A DNA stretch of 64,000 nucleotides, taken from positions 419,406-483,405 of the forward strand of contig JBECUI020000025.1 of the NCBI GenBank assembly GCA_040954595.2. Direction: 5' to 3'. Each line of letters opens with the position of its first letter. Position 1 is the first letter of the stretch. The DNA is from Balanoglossus misakiensis (Eukaryota > Animalia > Hemichordata). The notes under the pieces are model-generated. The model did no database searches. It was given only the letters and a program-made list of their open reading frames with translations, and was not told the origin of the DNA. Both the position numbers and the translations under genes were made by a program. Of the stretch, positions 30,307 to 40,506 are shown in pieces.

Positions 30307-31257
30307 TTATTTTGCATGCGTATAACGTATTTTATCGATAATTACTGCAACAACAATAACTAATCCCTTAATGACAGATTGCCAAAAGTCGGAAACCTGC
30401 ATAAGCGTTAGCCCGTTATCGAGTACTCCAATTATTAACGCACCTATGAGCGTGCCGCCAATACCGCCGATACCGCCGACAAAACTGGTACCACCCAAAA
30501 TTACGGATGCAATAGCATCCAACTCCGCACCGCGTCCTAAAAAGCCATTGGCACTATACAAACGACTGGACAACATAACGCCCGCAAGCCCGGCACAAGC
30601 CCCACTTATCGTGTACACAGCAACGAGAACTCGCTTTACAGGAATACCGGTAAGGGTTGCCGCTTCCAAGTTTCCGCCTATGGAATATATCCATATTCCC
30701 AGTACAGTCTTTTTTAGTACGGCCCAACAAACTATAACAACCAAAAAAGAGATGATAACCAACCACGGAATAATACCGAGAAAAGACGAATTAGCCACCC
30801 ACGCAAATGTCAAATCGTTATTGATAATAGTTGTACCGTTTGCAAACAAAAAAGCAGCCCCGGTAAATGAAGTAAGTCCACCCAGCGTTACGATAAAAGG
30901 CGGAAGACCGATACCTGCAATAAGCATACCATTTATTGCACCCACACTGCTTCCGACAAGAATAGCCAACAAAGGGGCCATAGGCGTTATTGTAGAAAAC
31001 AACATTGCCAAAACAGCAGTTAAGCCCATCAATGATCCTACAGATAAATCTATACCACCCGTAAGAATAACAATAGTCATGCCACTAGCAAGCACTATCG
31101 TTATAGCCGTCTGCATAAAAACATTACGAATATTATTGATGCTTAAAAAATTTTGGTGTAGAACCGCAAACAGTATGACAAAAAGGCACAATACAGGAAG
31201 CATCCCCAACGATTTAATAAAATCAGCACGCCGTTGTTTAGATAATAACGAAGTCAT
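30307..31257 (-). CDS. Monosaccharide ABC permease (RbsC-like)
   Basis: GGIDLSVGS, ELDAIASVILGGTS. Confidence 0.92.
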   Translation of the reverse strand: MTSLLSKQRRADFIKSLGMLPVLCLFVILFAVLHQNFLSINNIRNVFMQTAITIVLASGMTIVILTGGIDLSVGSLMGLTAVLAMLFSTITPMAPLLAILVGSSVGAINGMLIAGIGLPPFIVTLGGLTSFTGAAFLFANGTTIINNDLTFAWVANSSFLGIIPWLVIISFLVVIVCWAVLKKTVLGIWIYSIGGNLEAATLTGIPVKRVLVAVYTISGACAGLAGVMLSSRLYSANGFLGRGAELDAIASVILGGTSFVGGIGGIGGTLIGALIIGVLDNGLTLMQVSDFWQSVIKGLVIVVAVIIDKIRYTHAK

Positions 31258-32780
31258 GAATTATCTTCTTTGCTAAGAGTACATAATTTTATTATATACT
31301 CTTGCGTAATATTTTCTTTTTCGGTAATATCACCGACCAATTCGCCTTCTTTCATTACCAACACCCTATCCGAAAGGTTGATGATTTCCGGAAGTTCACT
31401 GGATATAAATAATACCAAAGTACCGTTCTTAGCAAGTCGTCTAACAATTTTATATATTTCTTGCTTTGCACCGATGTCTATACCACGAGTCGGTTCGTCC
31501 AAAATTAATATACGCGGATTGATATTAAGCCATCGAGACAGCAATATCTTTTGTTGATTTCCACCCGAAAGTTTTTTTACTTGTGTTTGTTTTGTTGTTT
31601 TTATATTGATATCGAAAATTGATTGTTCCGCCAGTTTTTTATTCTTATTTTGAGAAAGAAATACATTTCCGAACGCATGTTCTATTTGATTATTGGCAAC
31701 AATGTTATTTTGAGAAGTCATTTCTAAAAAAAGCCCTTGCAATTTTCTATCCTCGGGTAGCATACCAATTCCATGATGAATTGCATCTATGGGATTATTG
31801 ATAGTGATTTTCTTTCCGTTTATCAGCATAGTTCCCGATTGTTTTTTACCGGCACCGAAGATAAGTCGTGCAAGTTCGCTTCTTCCCGCACCTACTAAGC
31901 CGGATAAACCGATGATCTTTCCCGATTCTAATGTGCAGGAAACATTTTTCACCTTGCCGTTTTCGTCGTTAAAATTTTCCAAAATGAGAGAGCAGGGAGC
32001 TTTTTGTTCCGTGCTTTCGTTTTGTTTGTTTTCCACTTCTTCATAAAAAGATTCTATACTTCGACCCACCATCATAAATACAATTTTATCCGTATCGTCT
32101 ACTTCCGTAGTTCCGATGTATTGACCGTCTCGTAATATGGCGACCCTATCGGCAATTTCTTTTATTTCGTCCATTTTATGACTGATATAGATGATAGTGA
32201 TGCCTTGTTCTTTGAAAGATTTAATTAGTTTGAATAAGTTGTGCACTTCTTTTTCGCTTAAAGAAGCAGTCGGCTCGTCCATTATTATTAAGTCACTTTT
32301 ATGTGATATAGCTCGAGCAATTTCGATTTGTTGTTGTTGTGCCGTACCCAGTTCGCCGGCTTTTTGAGTGGGAGAAAAACTCGCACTTAATCTGTCTAGT
32401 ATTTCTTGTGCCTTGACATTGGCAATGTTACGTCGTAGCATACCGTATGTATGTATTTCGCTCCCCATGAATATATTGTCGGCTACGGTTATATTGGAAG
32501 CAATACTTAATTCTTGATGAATTAAAGAGATACCCAGTTTTTTTGCATGCCTGAGAGAGAAGGTCTCTATTCGCGTTCCCTTAAAAAAAACATCACCCTC
32601 ATTGGGATGATACAGACCAGATACAATCTTCATGAGTGTACTCTTGCCGGCACCATTTTCTCCCGAGAGAGCTAATACTTCGCCCTCAAATACTTCCAGT
32701 GAAACATCATTAAGCACTCTAATAGAACCAAAAAGTTTGCCTACGTTTTTAGTTTCTAATATTGGTTTCACCGGAAGCAC
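31254..32780 (-). CDS. Monosaccharide ABC ATP-binding protein (RbsA-like)
   Basis: GENGAGKST, DEPTASL, LSGGNQQK, DEPTRGIDIGAK. Confidence 0.93.
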   Translation of the reverse strand: MLPVKPILETKNVGKLFGSIRVLNDVSLEVFEGEVLALSGENGAGKSTLMKIVSGLYHPNEGDVFFKGTRIETFSLRHAKKLGISLIHQELSIASNITVADNIFMGSEIHTYGMLRRNIANVKAQEILDRLSASFSPTQKAGELGTAQQQQIEIARAISHKSDLIIMDEPTASLSEKEVHNLFKLIKSFKEQGITIIYISHKMDEIKEIADRVAILRDGQYIGTTEVDDTDKIVFMMVGRSIESFYEEVENKQNESTEQKAPCSLILENFNDENGKVKNVSCTLESGKIIGLSGLVGAGRSELARLIFGAGKKQSGTMLINGKKITINNPIDAIHHGIGMLPEDRKLQGLFLEMTSQNNIVANNQIEHAFGNVFLSQNKNKKLAEQSIFDINIKTTKQTQVKKLSGGNQQKILLSRWLNINPRILILDEPTRGIDIGAKQEIYKIVRRLAKNGTLVLFISSELPEIINLSDRVLVMKEGELVGDITEKENITQEYIIKLCTLSKEDNS

Positions 32781-32812
32781 CTGGACTAACCCTTAAATAT
32801 ATTGGTGCGAGT

Positions 32813-33784
32813 CTAGTTAGGAACGTCCCATCCGGTAAAAGAATCAATGTTTTCTTTTGTTACCAAAAAAACAGGAATCAAAATCAAATCTTTTTCCGGA
32901 GCTTTTTGGTTAACGATTAAATCATAACCAATTTGAACAGCTGTTTCAGTCATAAGATAAGGATCTTGAGCAGCCGAAGCAAGAAAAATTGATGAAGGAT
33001 CTTTTAAGGCAACGACAGCGTCGGGAGACCCGTCAATACCGACAATAAACATCTCGCTTTCTCTTCTCGCTTGTTTAATAGCTAATTCGGCACCAATTCC
33101 AGTAGGATCGTTGATGGCAAAAACAGCATCAATCTTATCAAAGGCCGTGAGGAGACCAGACATGACTTCCAAACCACCCTCTCGACTTCCACCTGCATCC
33201 TGATTATCGGAAATAATAGTTATTCCAGGATTTTTTGCAAACACATCTTTTGCACCCTTAACTCTGTCTATAACAGCAGAAACGGGAGGACCGTTTACAA
33301 TAACGACATTTCCTTTTCCGTTTAACTTCTCTACCATAAATTCCGCAGTAATAACACCTGCTTGATAATTATCGGAAGTTACCGTTGCATCAACACCACC
33401 GTCAGCACCAACATCGGCAGCAATAACCACCAACCCAGCATCTTTAGCACGTTTAACTGCGGGAGCAATTCCTTTTGTATCTGCTGCATTTAAGATGATC
33501 AACTTCGTACCACCAGCAATAAAGTTATCTATTTGAGATACTTGCTTGCTCAGATCGTAGCCACTTGACAATAGAGTAACGCTGGCACTATCTCCTGCCA
33601 ACTCTTTAATCTTATCTTCGGCACCTCTGCCCATAGTATAGAAGAATGGGTTGCCCAAATCTCCAACAGTAACGCCCACTCTTAACGCACCCGCTTGTCC
33701 TTCAGAACTTCCAGCTGCCCATGACGAAACAACTGAAGCGAAAAACAAAACCATAAACATGGTAATTAGTTTGTATATTTTCAT
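32813..33784 (-). CDS. Monosaccharide ABC solute-binding protein (RbsB-like)
   Basis: DLGNPFF, SDNYQAG, FAINDP, GIDG. Confidence 0.9.
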   Translation of the reverse strand: MKIYKLITMFMVLFFASVVSSWAAGSSEGQAGALRVGVTVGDLGNPFFYTMGRGAEDKIKELAGDSASVTLLSSGYDLSKQVSQIDNFIAGGTKLIILNAADTKGIAPAVKRAKDAGLVVIAADVGADGGVDATVTSDNYQAGVITAEFMVEKLNGKGNVVIVNGPPVSAVIDRVKGAKDVFAKNPGITIISDNQDAGGSREGGLEVMSGLLTAFDKIDAVFAINDPTGIGAELAIKQARRESEMFIVGIDGSPDAVVALKDPSSIFLASAAQDPYLMTETAVQIGYDLIVNQKAPEKDLILIPVFLVTKENIDSFTGWDVPN

Positions 33785-33806
33785 AGTAACTCACCTCTTT
33801 TACTTA

Positions 33807-33835
33807 ATTGTAGCACGTTTTTGAAAAGCAGTCAA
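33807..33835 (-). promoter_or_regulatory. Promoter TTGACT-17-(TGc)TACAAT for the sugar ABC operon
   Basis: Near-consensus hexamers, extended -10, GAGGTGA RBS downstream. Confidence 0.7.
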
Positions 33836-33842
33836 GTTTTTT

Positions 33843-34730
33843 ACGGAGGCTCCGTGGATAGAGTATTATACCGAGGTGGCTAATGCTGTTGAAGCTAAGC
33901 ATGAGCAGAAGGAAATTATTGTATTGACGGGTTAAAGTATACGGGTAATCAGAATCACGAGGGGTGGGGAACTTTTGTTTATTCAACGGGAGAAAGCGAT
34001 TTCAAGTATCTTTATAAAGACGAGGAAGGCAATCTAAAATCGGAAGTATCAAAAAAATGGGATGATTTGGAAGAAAAAAAAAGAATATTTTGAGTTTTTG
34101 TATGCATATTGGAAATATCACGATCAAACTGTCGAAAATGCACCTGATGCATCTTGGGATAAAGCTAATTTTGGAAAGTGGATAGAAGATGGTTACAGAG
34201 GCAATGATGAAACCAACAAACTGGCACTTGTGTTTGAGACATCAGGATTTAGTGCAGAGAATATTGATGTACTTGGAGACGATTTCGGAGTATTGCCGAT
34301 TAATGCGGTAACTGTTTCTGGTAATTCACTGAGTCACTTTGCTGCTGGGTGGGCATTAAGTATTAATGCACGAAATGAGGGCGACGCAGAGAGAATGGTC
34401 ATTGGTGTAGATATAATCAAAGAAATTCTAAATGCAGATAGAGCAGCTAATTATTTTAATCAAGTTGGTCGGATTTTTCCTCACTTGACAGCAGAAGAAT
34501 ATGCTGATGTGGAAGGAATTGATGAGAAAGATTTAGCACTCATCAAAACGATGATTGGTAGCTGGCTGGCTTCTTCAATAAGACCTAATATTTCCGAAAT
34601 TAATCCGCTTCAAAAAATATTGGACGATACTATCCAATCTTTTTCGACAGAGGGAAGTAAACCAACGAGTTCACAAGAAGCGTACGAGAAAATACAGCTT
34701 GCCGTTAGGAGCGAATTTTTTAATAATTAG
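33843..34730 (+). pseudogene. Decayed carbohydrate ABC solute-binding protein (N-terminal scrap plus C-terminal half)
   Basis: TEAPWIEYYTEVANAVE scrap at 33843, then LSHFAAGWALSINAR in 34062-34730; no signal peptide. Confidence 0.55.
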
Positions 34731-34756
34731 GATGTTTACTTGTTATTTTCAATATA

Positions 34757-34796
34757 CCGAAAACAGAAAGAAGAAAATTGTTCTTTCTGTTTTCGG
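34757..34796. terminator. Intercistronic hairpin with a perfect 16-bp stem
   Basis: CCGAAAACAGAAAGAA-N8-TTCTTTCTGTTTTCGG directly after the SBP stop. Confidence 0.75.
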
Positions 34797-34816
34797 CTTG
34801 AGGTCGGAGAGTTAAG

Positions 34817-35263
34817 GTGTTTGGTAGTGTTCCTTTATCCAAGAAAAAGGCGTATTCCAGTTTGTTGTTAGTTGCTTTATTTATATTTATTTGTTCTCTT
34901 GAAGCCCTAATGCTGGCAAAGGATGCGATTGTCTTTGAAAAATGGTATGCTCTGTATAATCCTGACAGTTTATCAGAAGAGAAAATGTTTCCTGTGTTTA
35001 TTTCCGCACAAGTTACTCGTTATTTCTTTTTTATTATTGTTCCGCTAGCTTATGGTATTCAAACTTATCTAGCTTTTACAAAAACACGAATTAATTCAAT
35101 GTATGTTGCTATATGGGGAGTATTTCTGATTGCTTCTTTTCTTTTGCTGGTGTCTTTCCTTGAACTGTATTCACTTTTTTATTACTTCAAGATAATAAGC
35201 TACATTGCAATAATCGTGATACTGTTCTCGTGTACTTTCGATATAAAAAGATTTAATTACTAG
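34817..35263 (+). CDS. Small 4-TM membrane protein of the decayed ABC operon
   Basis: Hydrophobic 148-aa ORF, GGAG RBS, GTG start. Confidence 0.6.
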   Translation: MFGSVPLSKKKAYSSLLLVALFIFICSLEALMLAKDAIVFEKWYALYNPDSLSEEKMFPVFISAQVTRYFFFIIVPLAYGIQTYLAFTKTRINSMYVAIWGVFLIASFLLLVSFLELYSLFYYFKIISYIAIIVILFSCTFDIKRFNY

Positions 35264-35276
35264 AAAGAGGGAAGTC

Positions 35277-35995
35277 ATGAAAAAAATGGTTGAAGACAGA
35301 ATTGGAAATAAGTACGAAAGAAAAAATGTATATTTAAGGGAGTTAGCTCAACTTGTCGAATCTGATGCAACAAAAGAAGAAATCATGTCTTTTAGACGAA
35401 AAAAAAAGATACATCCCTATACTAACAAGTTAAAAAGCTATCTTGATAAAGAAAAAATTTTTAAGCGTGAACTAAAAAATAAACTAAAATTAGAAAAAAA
35501 AACTCATGATGGCCGGAGTAGAATATATAAAAAACTAAAAGTTGAGTTATTAAGATCACAAGAAGAATTGCAATTTTATCAAAATTTTCAGGATATAAGT
35601 TATGCTGCCTTGTTTACGTGCAAATGTGCGGCTATTCGAATAAAAGAAATTCCAGTAACAATTGATTATCTCGAAAAAATAGAATCGGATATTCAAGGTT
35701 TCGTGTCGGAAAAAAAACAGTTAAACTCAATAAAAGTCCAAAATGAAAAAGAAAAGTTTATAAAATATAAAAAAGAAGAAATTTCGATAGCTCGTGATAG
35801 GGTTTCAGAAACAAAAAAATCTTATAAGATAAAACTTATTTCTAAAGATGCCAAGAAAAAGGCAATCAAAGAGACAAAACGTGCTACCAAAGAAAAATTG
35901 CGATAAAACGAATTAAGGTCCCAGATGTTTATTACAGAGTGAAATATAAGCAGAATAAGTTCAAATATAGAAAGGCTATAGAGCAAAAAAATAAA
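35277..35995 (+). pseudogene. Lys/Glu-rich coiled-coil N-terminal part, probably of a truncated sugar ABC permease
   Basis: RBS and start present; frameshift near 35900; no TM part before the sequence switches to a DUF262 remnant. Confidence 0.45.
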
Positions 35996-35999
35996 TACA

Positions 36000-37233
36000 C
36001 AAGGAAGAAGATATACACTCAAAGGAATCAAAAAAATACAGTTCATCTGATGCGAAATGCCCTAGACTATTTTTCCGACATTTTCAAAGGTTGTTCAACA
36101 GGAGTAGACGTAGGAAAAATTATAGATATAGTAATTAATAGGCTCCTATTTACGACGATTTATATGGACGATGAATTAAATGCCTACAAGGTGTTGAAAC
36201 CCTCAATGCCCGAGGGGTTCAACTTTCTTCCAGTGATTTACTAAAAAACTATATTTTTTCTTTGATAGATAAAAATAATAATATTCCATCTGCAAAGCTA
36301 GAGGAACTGAAGAAAGATGGGAAAAAATAGGGAGCAACATAGGTACATCAACCTACACCGAATACATACTGACAGAATGGAAGAGCCACAATGATTTGAC
36401 ACGAAAAGCAGGACTGTTTAAGAGCATACAAAAATCTATTACCGATACAAAAGGGGCTGATGATTATCTACAATATCTGGAACGACACAGTCAATTATAT
36501 GCAGCTTTGCTGAATCATACAGATGAATTCTGGAAAGATTTTAGGCAACAAGAGGACATTAAAAAAGATTTGTATTGTTTACAACTCTTCAATATTCGCC
36601 AGCCACTGAGTTTATTATTTATCTGTTTCATACAACAAAGGGATAATTTTCAAAAAATTCTTCGGTGGATAAAAATTTTCTCTCTGCGATATAACATTAT
36701 TGGTAGGGAACATACGGGAGACCAAGAGAGACTATACAGTAAAATATGCTTAGCAGTATATAAAGGTTGTTCATTGGATGATATAAAAAGAATGATTCTT
36801 ACTTATACCCTACTGACGAAAAATTTGAACTCGCATTCATAGAAAAAACCATGCCGACTGCACAATCGAACAAGAAGCCCCGTTACTTGTTGGCGCGCCT
36901 GGAAGAAGCAAGTGATATTCCGGCTATTGATGAATTTGCATTGACGGTAGAACATATCTTGCCCGTGCACCCATCGAATCAATGGATTGACGACTTCGGC
37001 GATGATTGGAAAAGTTTCAACCAAAAAATCGGAAACATGGCTTTAGTTACGCAACAAATGAACAAGAAACTGGAACAAAAAAAGTTTTAATGAAAAACAA
37101 CAGATATTGTGCGAAACAAGGTATTCCATCAATAAAGACATTGAAAACTATCAAGAATGGTCCCGGGAGACCATAACATCTCGGCAAGAAAACATTAGCA
37201 AAGATTGCTGTTAATTTGTGGAAGATACAGTAA
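36000..37233 (+). pseudogene. 5'-truncated, frameshifted GmrSD-like (DUF262-DUF1524) nuclease
   Basis: Across frames: AYKV[F]ETLNARGVQLSSSDLLKNYIF, then TVEHILP...IGNMALV...N HNH-type motif. Confidence 0.8.
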
Positions 37234-37240
37234 AAAGAAT

Positions 37241-37506
37241 CCCTGAAAATTGCCAAATGCTTTGCAAGGAAGATAACCGGAGAAAATCCGGGAAATAAAC
37301 CTACAACACATGTTTTATGGTAAAAATAAGAGGGTGTTGTGGGGGAAGCATTGCCTTAGAGAACAGGCACAAAACGACCTATCAGATAGAGTTTTAGCTA
37401 CTACACCCTTCCCTGAAAGTTCTAATAGATATAAAATTGACTACTCTCCACTAAACAGGGTTTATTTATAGCTCAACAAATATGAATAAATATGCTATAA
37501 TAGCCT
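37241..37506 (+). repeat. Repeat P, copy 3 (last about 19 codons of the HNH gene plus promoter element)
   Basis: Matches 22683-22949, including ENCQMLCKEDNRRKSGK-stop. Confidence 0.92.
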
Positions 37507-38482
37507 TGGAGCAACTATAAACTATAGGTCAAACCCTACAACAGTAGATAGAACAAATAGCAGACGCCCACCGGTATGTCGAAAACAGAAAAGGAAAAAA
37601 AGCAATAACTATTGACTAACAACGAAAGAACACCAAAGGATTGAAATAGAAGGACAAAAAAGCCTTGACATACGATTTTTTTTATGATTTCATCCAACTA
37701 TAAAGGAATAGATAATACTTTAAAAAAGTATTTTTATTTTGTATGCTCATCGCAGCATTCAGTCTTTCTGCAACCGGAACTGCAAAAGCTGGCGACAAGT
37801 AAATAAGAGGCTCTAATGAAACGAAGTCAAATAAATACGATTATAAAGGAAACGATGCTTTTTTTAGAAGCACAAAAATTTTATTTACCGGGGTGGGCAT
37901 ACTGGACGTATGACGAATGGCAAACCCGCAAAAGTGTGTGCAACGCTATTTTTGATGCAAATCTTGGTTGGGATGTTACGGATTCTGGTGGAGATTTCGA
38001 AAAAAACGGTCTTACTTTGTTCACTATTCGCAACGGTATATTGGAAAAGGATAGACCTTATTGCGAAAAAATAATTGTTATGACACAGGGGCAAGAGGCA
38101 CCCTATCATTATCACAAAGTTAAGACTGAAGATATTATCAATCGTTCTAAAGGAGAGCTAGGGTTTAGGTTAGGACGTTCTAATCCTGATGGTTCTATGA
38201 GTGATGAGGACATTCGTGTTATCATAGACGGTATAGCTACTACCGTACAGGCACGAGAAGAAATTATTTTGTCAGCAGGACAAAGTCTTACCTTGTATCC
38301 CTACGATTATCATGCTTTTTATCCTAAGGGTGGCACTATTCTTATCGGTGAGGTCAGCAAAGTAAATGATGATCACACGGACAACTATTTTTTGGATGAC
38401 GTAAATCGCTTTCCTGTTGTTGATGAAGATGAACCCATTTTATATCCTATCGTGAACGATTACAAACTTTTTTGCTAAAATA
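37501..38482 (+). repeat. Direct repeat B, right copy
   Basis: Matches 27389-28373. Confidence 0.95.
37816..38478 (+). CDS. D-lyxose/D-mannose family sugar isomerase, copy 2 (protein identical to copy 1)
   Basis: Identical translation in the ORF track. Confidence 0.9.
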   Translation: MKRSQINTIIKETMLFLEAQKFYLPGWAYWTYDEWQTRKSVCNAIFDANLGWDVTDSGGDFEKNGLTLFTIRNGILEKDRPYCEKIIVMTQGQEAPYHYHKVKTEDIINRSKGELGFRLGRSNPDGSMSDEDIRVIIDGIATTVQAREEIILSAGQSLTLYPYDYHAFYPKGGTILIGEVSKVNDDHTDNYFLDDVNRFPVVDEDEPILYPIVNDYKLFC

Positions 38483-38512
38483 AGGAAATTGCCCAAAGAG
38501 GAACTTATAATT

Positions 38513-39265
38513 ATGAGCAACAAACAAACATGGAATGCACAGCAATATCAAGAAAATGCATTTTTTGTAGCTGATTTGGGATCGCCGACAATGGATTTAT
38601 TAAACCCAAAACAGGGTGAACTCATCATGGATCTCGGATGTGGGGACGGAAGTCTTTCTAAAAAGATTGAAGATATAACTCAAAATGTTATTTGTATTGA
38701 TTCGAGTCCCGACATGGTTCAAGCTGCTAGAGATAAGGGACTAAATGCCATGCTCATGAGTGGAGATAATATTTGCTTCGAAAACACCTTCGATGCAGTG
38801 TTTACAAATGCTGTTTTACATTGGATTACCAACTACCATGCCCTTGTTAAAAATGTGCATAAGGCACTTAAATTAAATGGTCGATTTGTAGGTGAATTTG
38901 GTGGAAAGGGAAATATCAAAACATTAATTGAGGGTATGACAACTGCTATGAATAATAAAGACATAGGAAATTATAGTAACCCTTGGTATTTTCCGGATGC
39001 AGATGAATATCGGTCAGTTTTGGAAAAAAACGGCTTTGCAGTAACTTATATTGAACTGATACCTAGACCTACTCCTTTAAAGGTCGGAGTTAAAAAATGG
39101 CTTGAAATATTTGCAACCCATATTACCTCGGAAATGCAAGCACAACAAGAAAAAACATTTCTGGAAGAAACAGAAAGGTTAATAAAACCGAAGTTGTATT
39201 CTAAAAAATCAGGCTGGTGTATCGATTATGTGAGACTACGGTTTCAGGCAATTAAGGCAGAATAA
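38513..39265 (+). CDS. Class I SAM-dependent methyltransferase (Tam-like)
   Basis: MDLGCGDG, FDAVFTNAVLHW, EFGGKGNI, DYVRLRF. Confidence 0.88.
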   Translation: MSNKQTWNAQQYQENAFFVADLGSPTMDLLNPKQGELIMDLGCGDGSLSKKIEDITQNVICIDSSPDMVQAARDKGLNAMLMSGDNICFENTFDAVFTNAVLHWITNYHALVKNVHKALKLNGRFVGEFGGKGNIKTLIEGMTTAMNNKDIGNYSNPWYFPDADEYRSVLEKNGFAVTYIELIPRPTPLKVGVKKWLEIFATHITSEMQAQQEKTFLEETERLIKPKLYSKKSGWCIDYVRLRFQAIKAE

Positions 39266-39535
39266 AGCGGTGAACATTGTATCTTTCTTTTATACCTAAA
39301 TTTAAAAAATAAAGAAGTATTAGTTACAATAGAGAAATTGTTGCATTGTATCGGACACAGAAGCCACTCTATAATATTTCTTACCTGAAATTTTCTTCGA
39401 AATTCTATTTTATAATTTTTCTCTCAAAAAAGCCTTGACATACGATTTTTTTTATGATTTCCTTATTATAAAGGAATAGATTTTACTTAAAAAAAAGTAT
39501 TTCGAGAGTTATTTATCGAAGAAAAAGGAGAAGAT

Positions 39536-40501
39536 ATGAAAAAAGTATTATTATTTTTATTTTGTATGCTCATCGTAGCATTCAGTGTTTCTGCAACCGG
39601 AACTGCAGAAGGTGGCGAAAAGAGATATGCCTTGGCTACAGGAGGAACATCGGGGACTTACTATCCAGTAGGAGCAGGGATTGCTTCAATTATCACGCGA
39701 TATGCACCCGGTATTACATGCAATGCAGAGTCTACAGGAGGATCTGTAGCAAATTTGAATATGGTTGCTAAAAATGAGGTAGAGCTCATGCTTGGTGCTG
39801 CGAGTACCGTGTATGGTGGATATACAGGCAGTACTCCTTTCGAGCAAGCAATTACCAATGTGCGTGGGATCACTGCACTCTACTCCGAAACATTTCAGTT
39901 TGTTGCGCTAAAAAGTTCGGGACTCACAAGCATTGCTGACCTCAGGGGAAAGTCGGTAGCAGTTGGTTCTCCCGGAAGTGGAACAGAACGTTCTGCAAAA
40001 TTAATACTCGCCGAGTATGGAATAAGCTATGATGATATAAACGAACAATTTTTAGGTTTTGGCGAAGCTGTAACCGCTCTAAAAGATCGTCTCATTGATG
40101 TTGCTATCGTGGGATCTGGACTTCCTACAGCGGCAGTAGTAGATGTGTCTTCTTCACTAGAAATTGATTTACTACCGATTGATACACAGGTATTGGCAAA
40201 CTTCTTTAAAGAAAATATTTATTATCGAACCGAAGTAATCCCTGCCGGTACATACAATGGTGTTGATAACGACGTTGTTGCAGTCGCTACACCTGCTCTA
40301 TTAGTAGCTCGTGAAGATGTGCCAGAGGAAGATGGGTATCAGATCGTAAAAGCACTCTATGAAAACATAGCCGAACTAGCAGAAATTCATGCTCAAGGAA
40401 GTAATATAAAATTAGAAAATGCTCGTAAGGCGATGTCAATTCCTTTACATCCTGGTGCCTTGAGATATTATGAAGAAATGGGTATAGAAGCAGCACAGTA
40501 A
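39536..40501 (+). CDS. TAXI-family TRAP solute-binding protein
   Basis: ATGGTSGTYYPVG, STGGSVAN, G.PGSGT, IPLHPGA.RYY. Confidence 0.93.
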   Translation: MKKVLLFLFCMLIVAFSVSATGTAEGGEKRYALATGGTSGTYYPVGAGIASIITRYAPGITCNAESTGGSVANLNMVAKNEVELMLGAASTVYGGYTGSTPFEQAITNVRGITALYSETFQFVALKSSGLTSIADLRGKSVAVGSPGSGTERSAKLILAEYGISYDDINEQFLGFGEAVTALKDRLIDVAIVGSGLPTAAVVDVSSSLEIDLLPIDTQVLANFFKENIYYRTEVIPAGTYNGVDNDVVAVATPALLVAREDVPEEDGYQIVKALYENIAELAEIHAQGSNIKLENARKAMSIPLHPGALRYYEEMGIEAAQ

Positions 40502-40506
40502 AAACT

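Noticed and set aside
30371-31276. 301-aa plus-strand ORF, and similar ORFs such as 14094-14516, 47021-47413, 52272-52715 and 61008-61574
   Set aside because: Antisense shadows of well-supported genes; no recognisable motifs
22683-37547. CRISPR array or classical integron suggested by the recurring intergenic repeat
   Set aside because: Copies are 130-270 bp and kilobases apart; no short regularly spaced repeats, no cas or tyrosine recombinase gene, and no convincing RYYYAAC...GTTRRRY attC structure
39435-39469. Canonical sigma70 promoter with a phase-variable poly-T spacer (also at 27555 and 37665)
   Set aside because: TTGACA is perfect but the candidate -10 boxes are 12 or 23 bp away, and the T tract has the same length in all three copies
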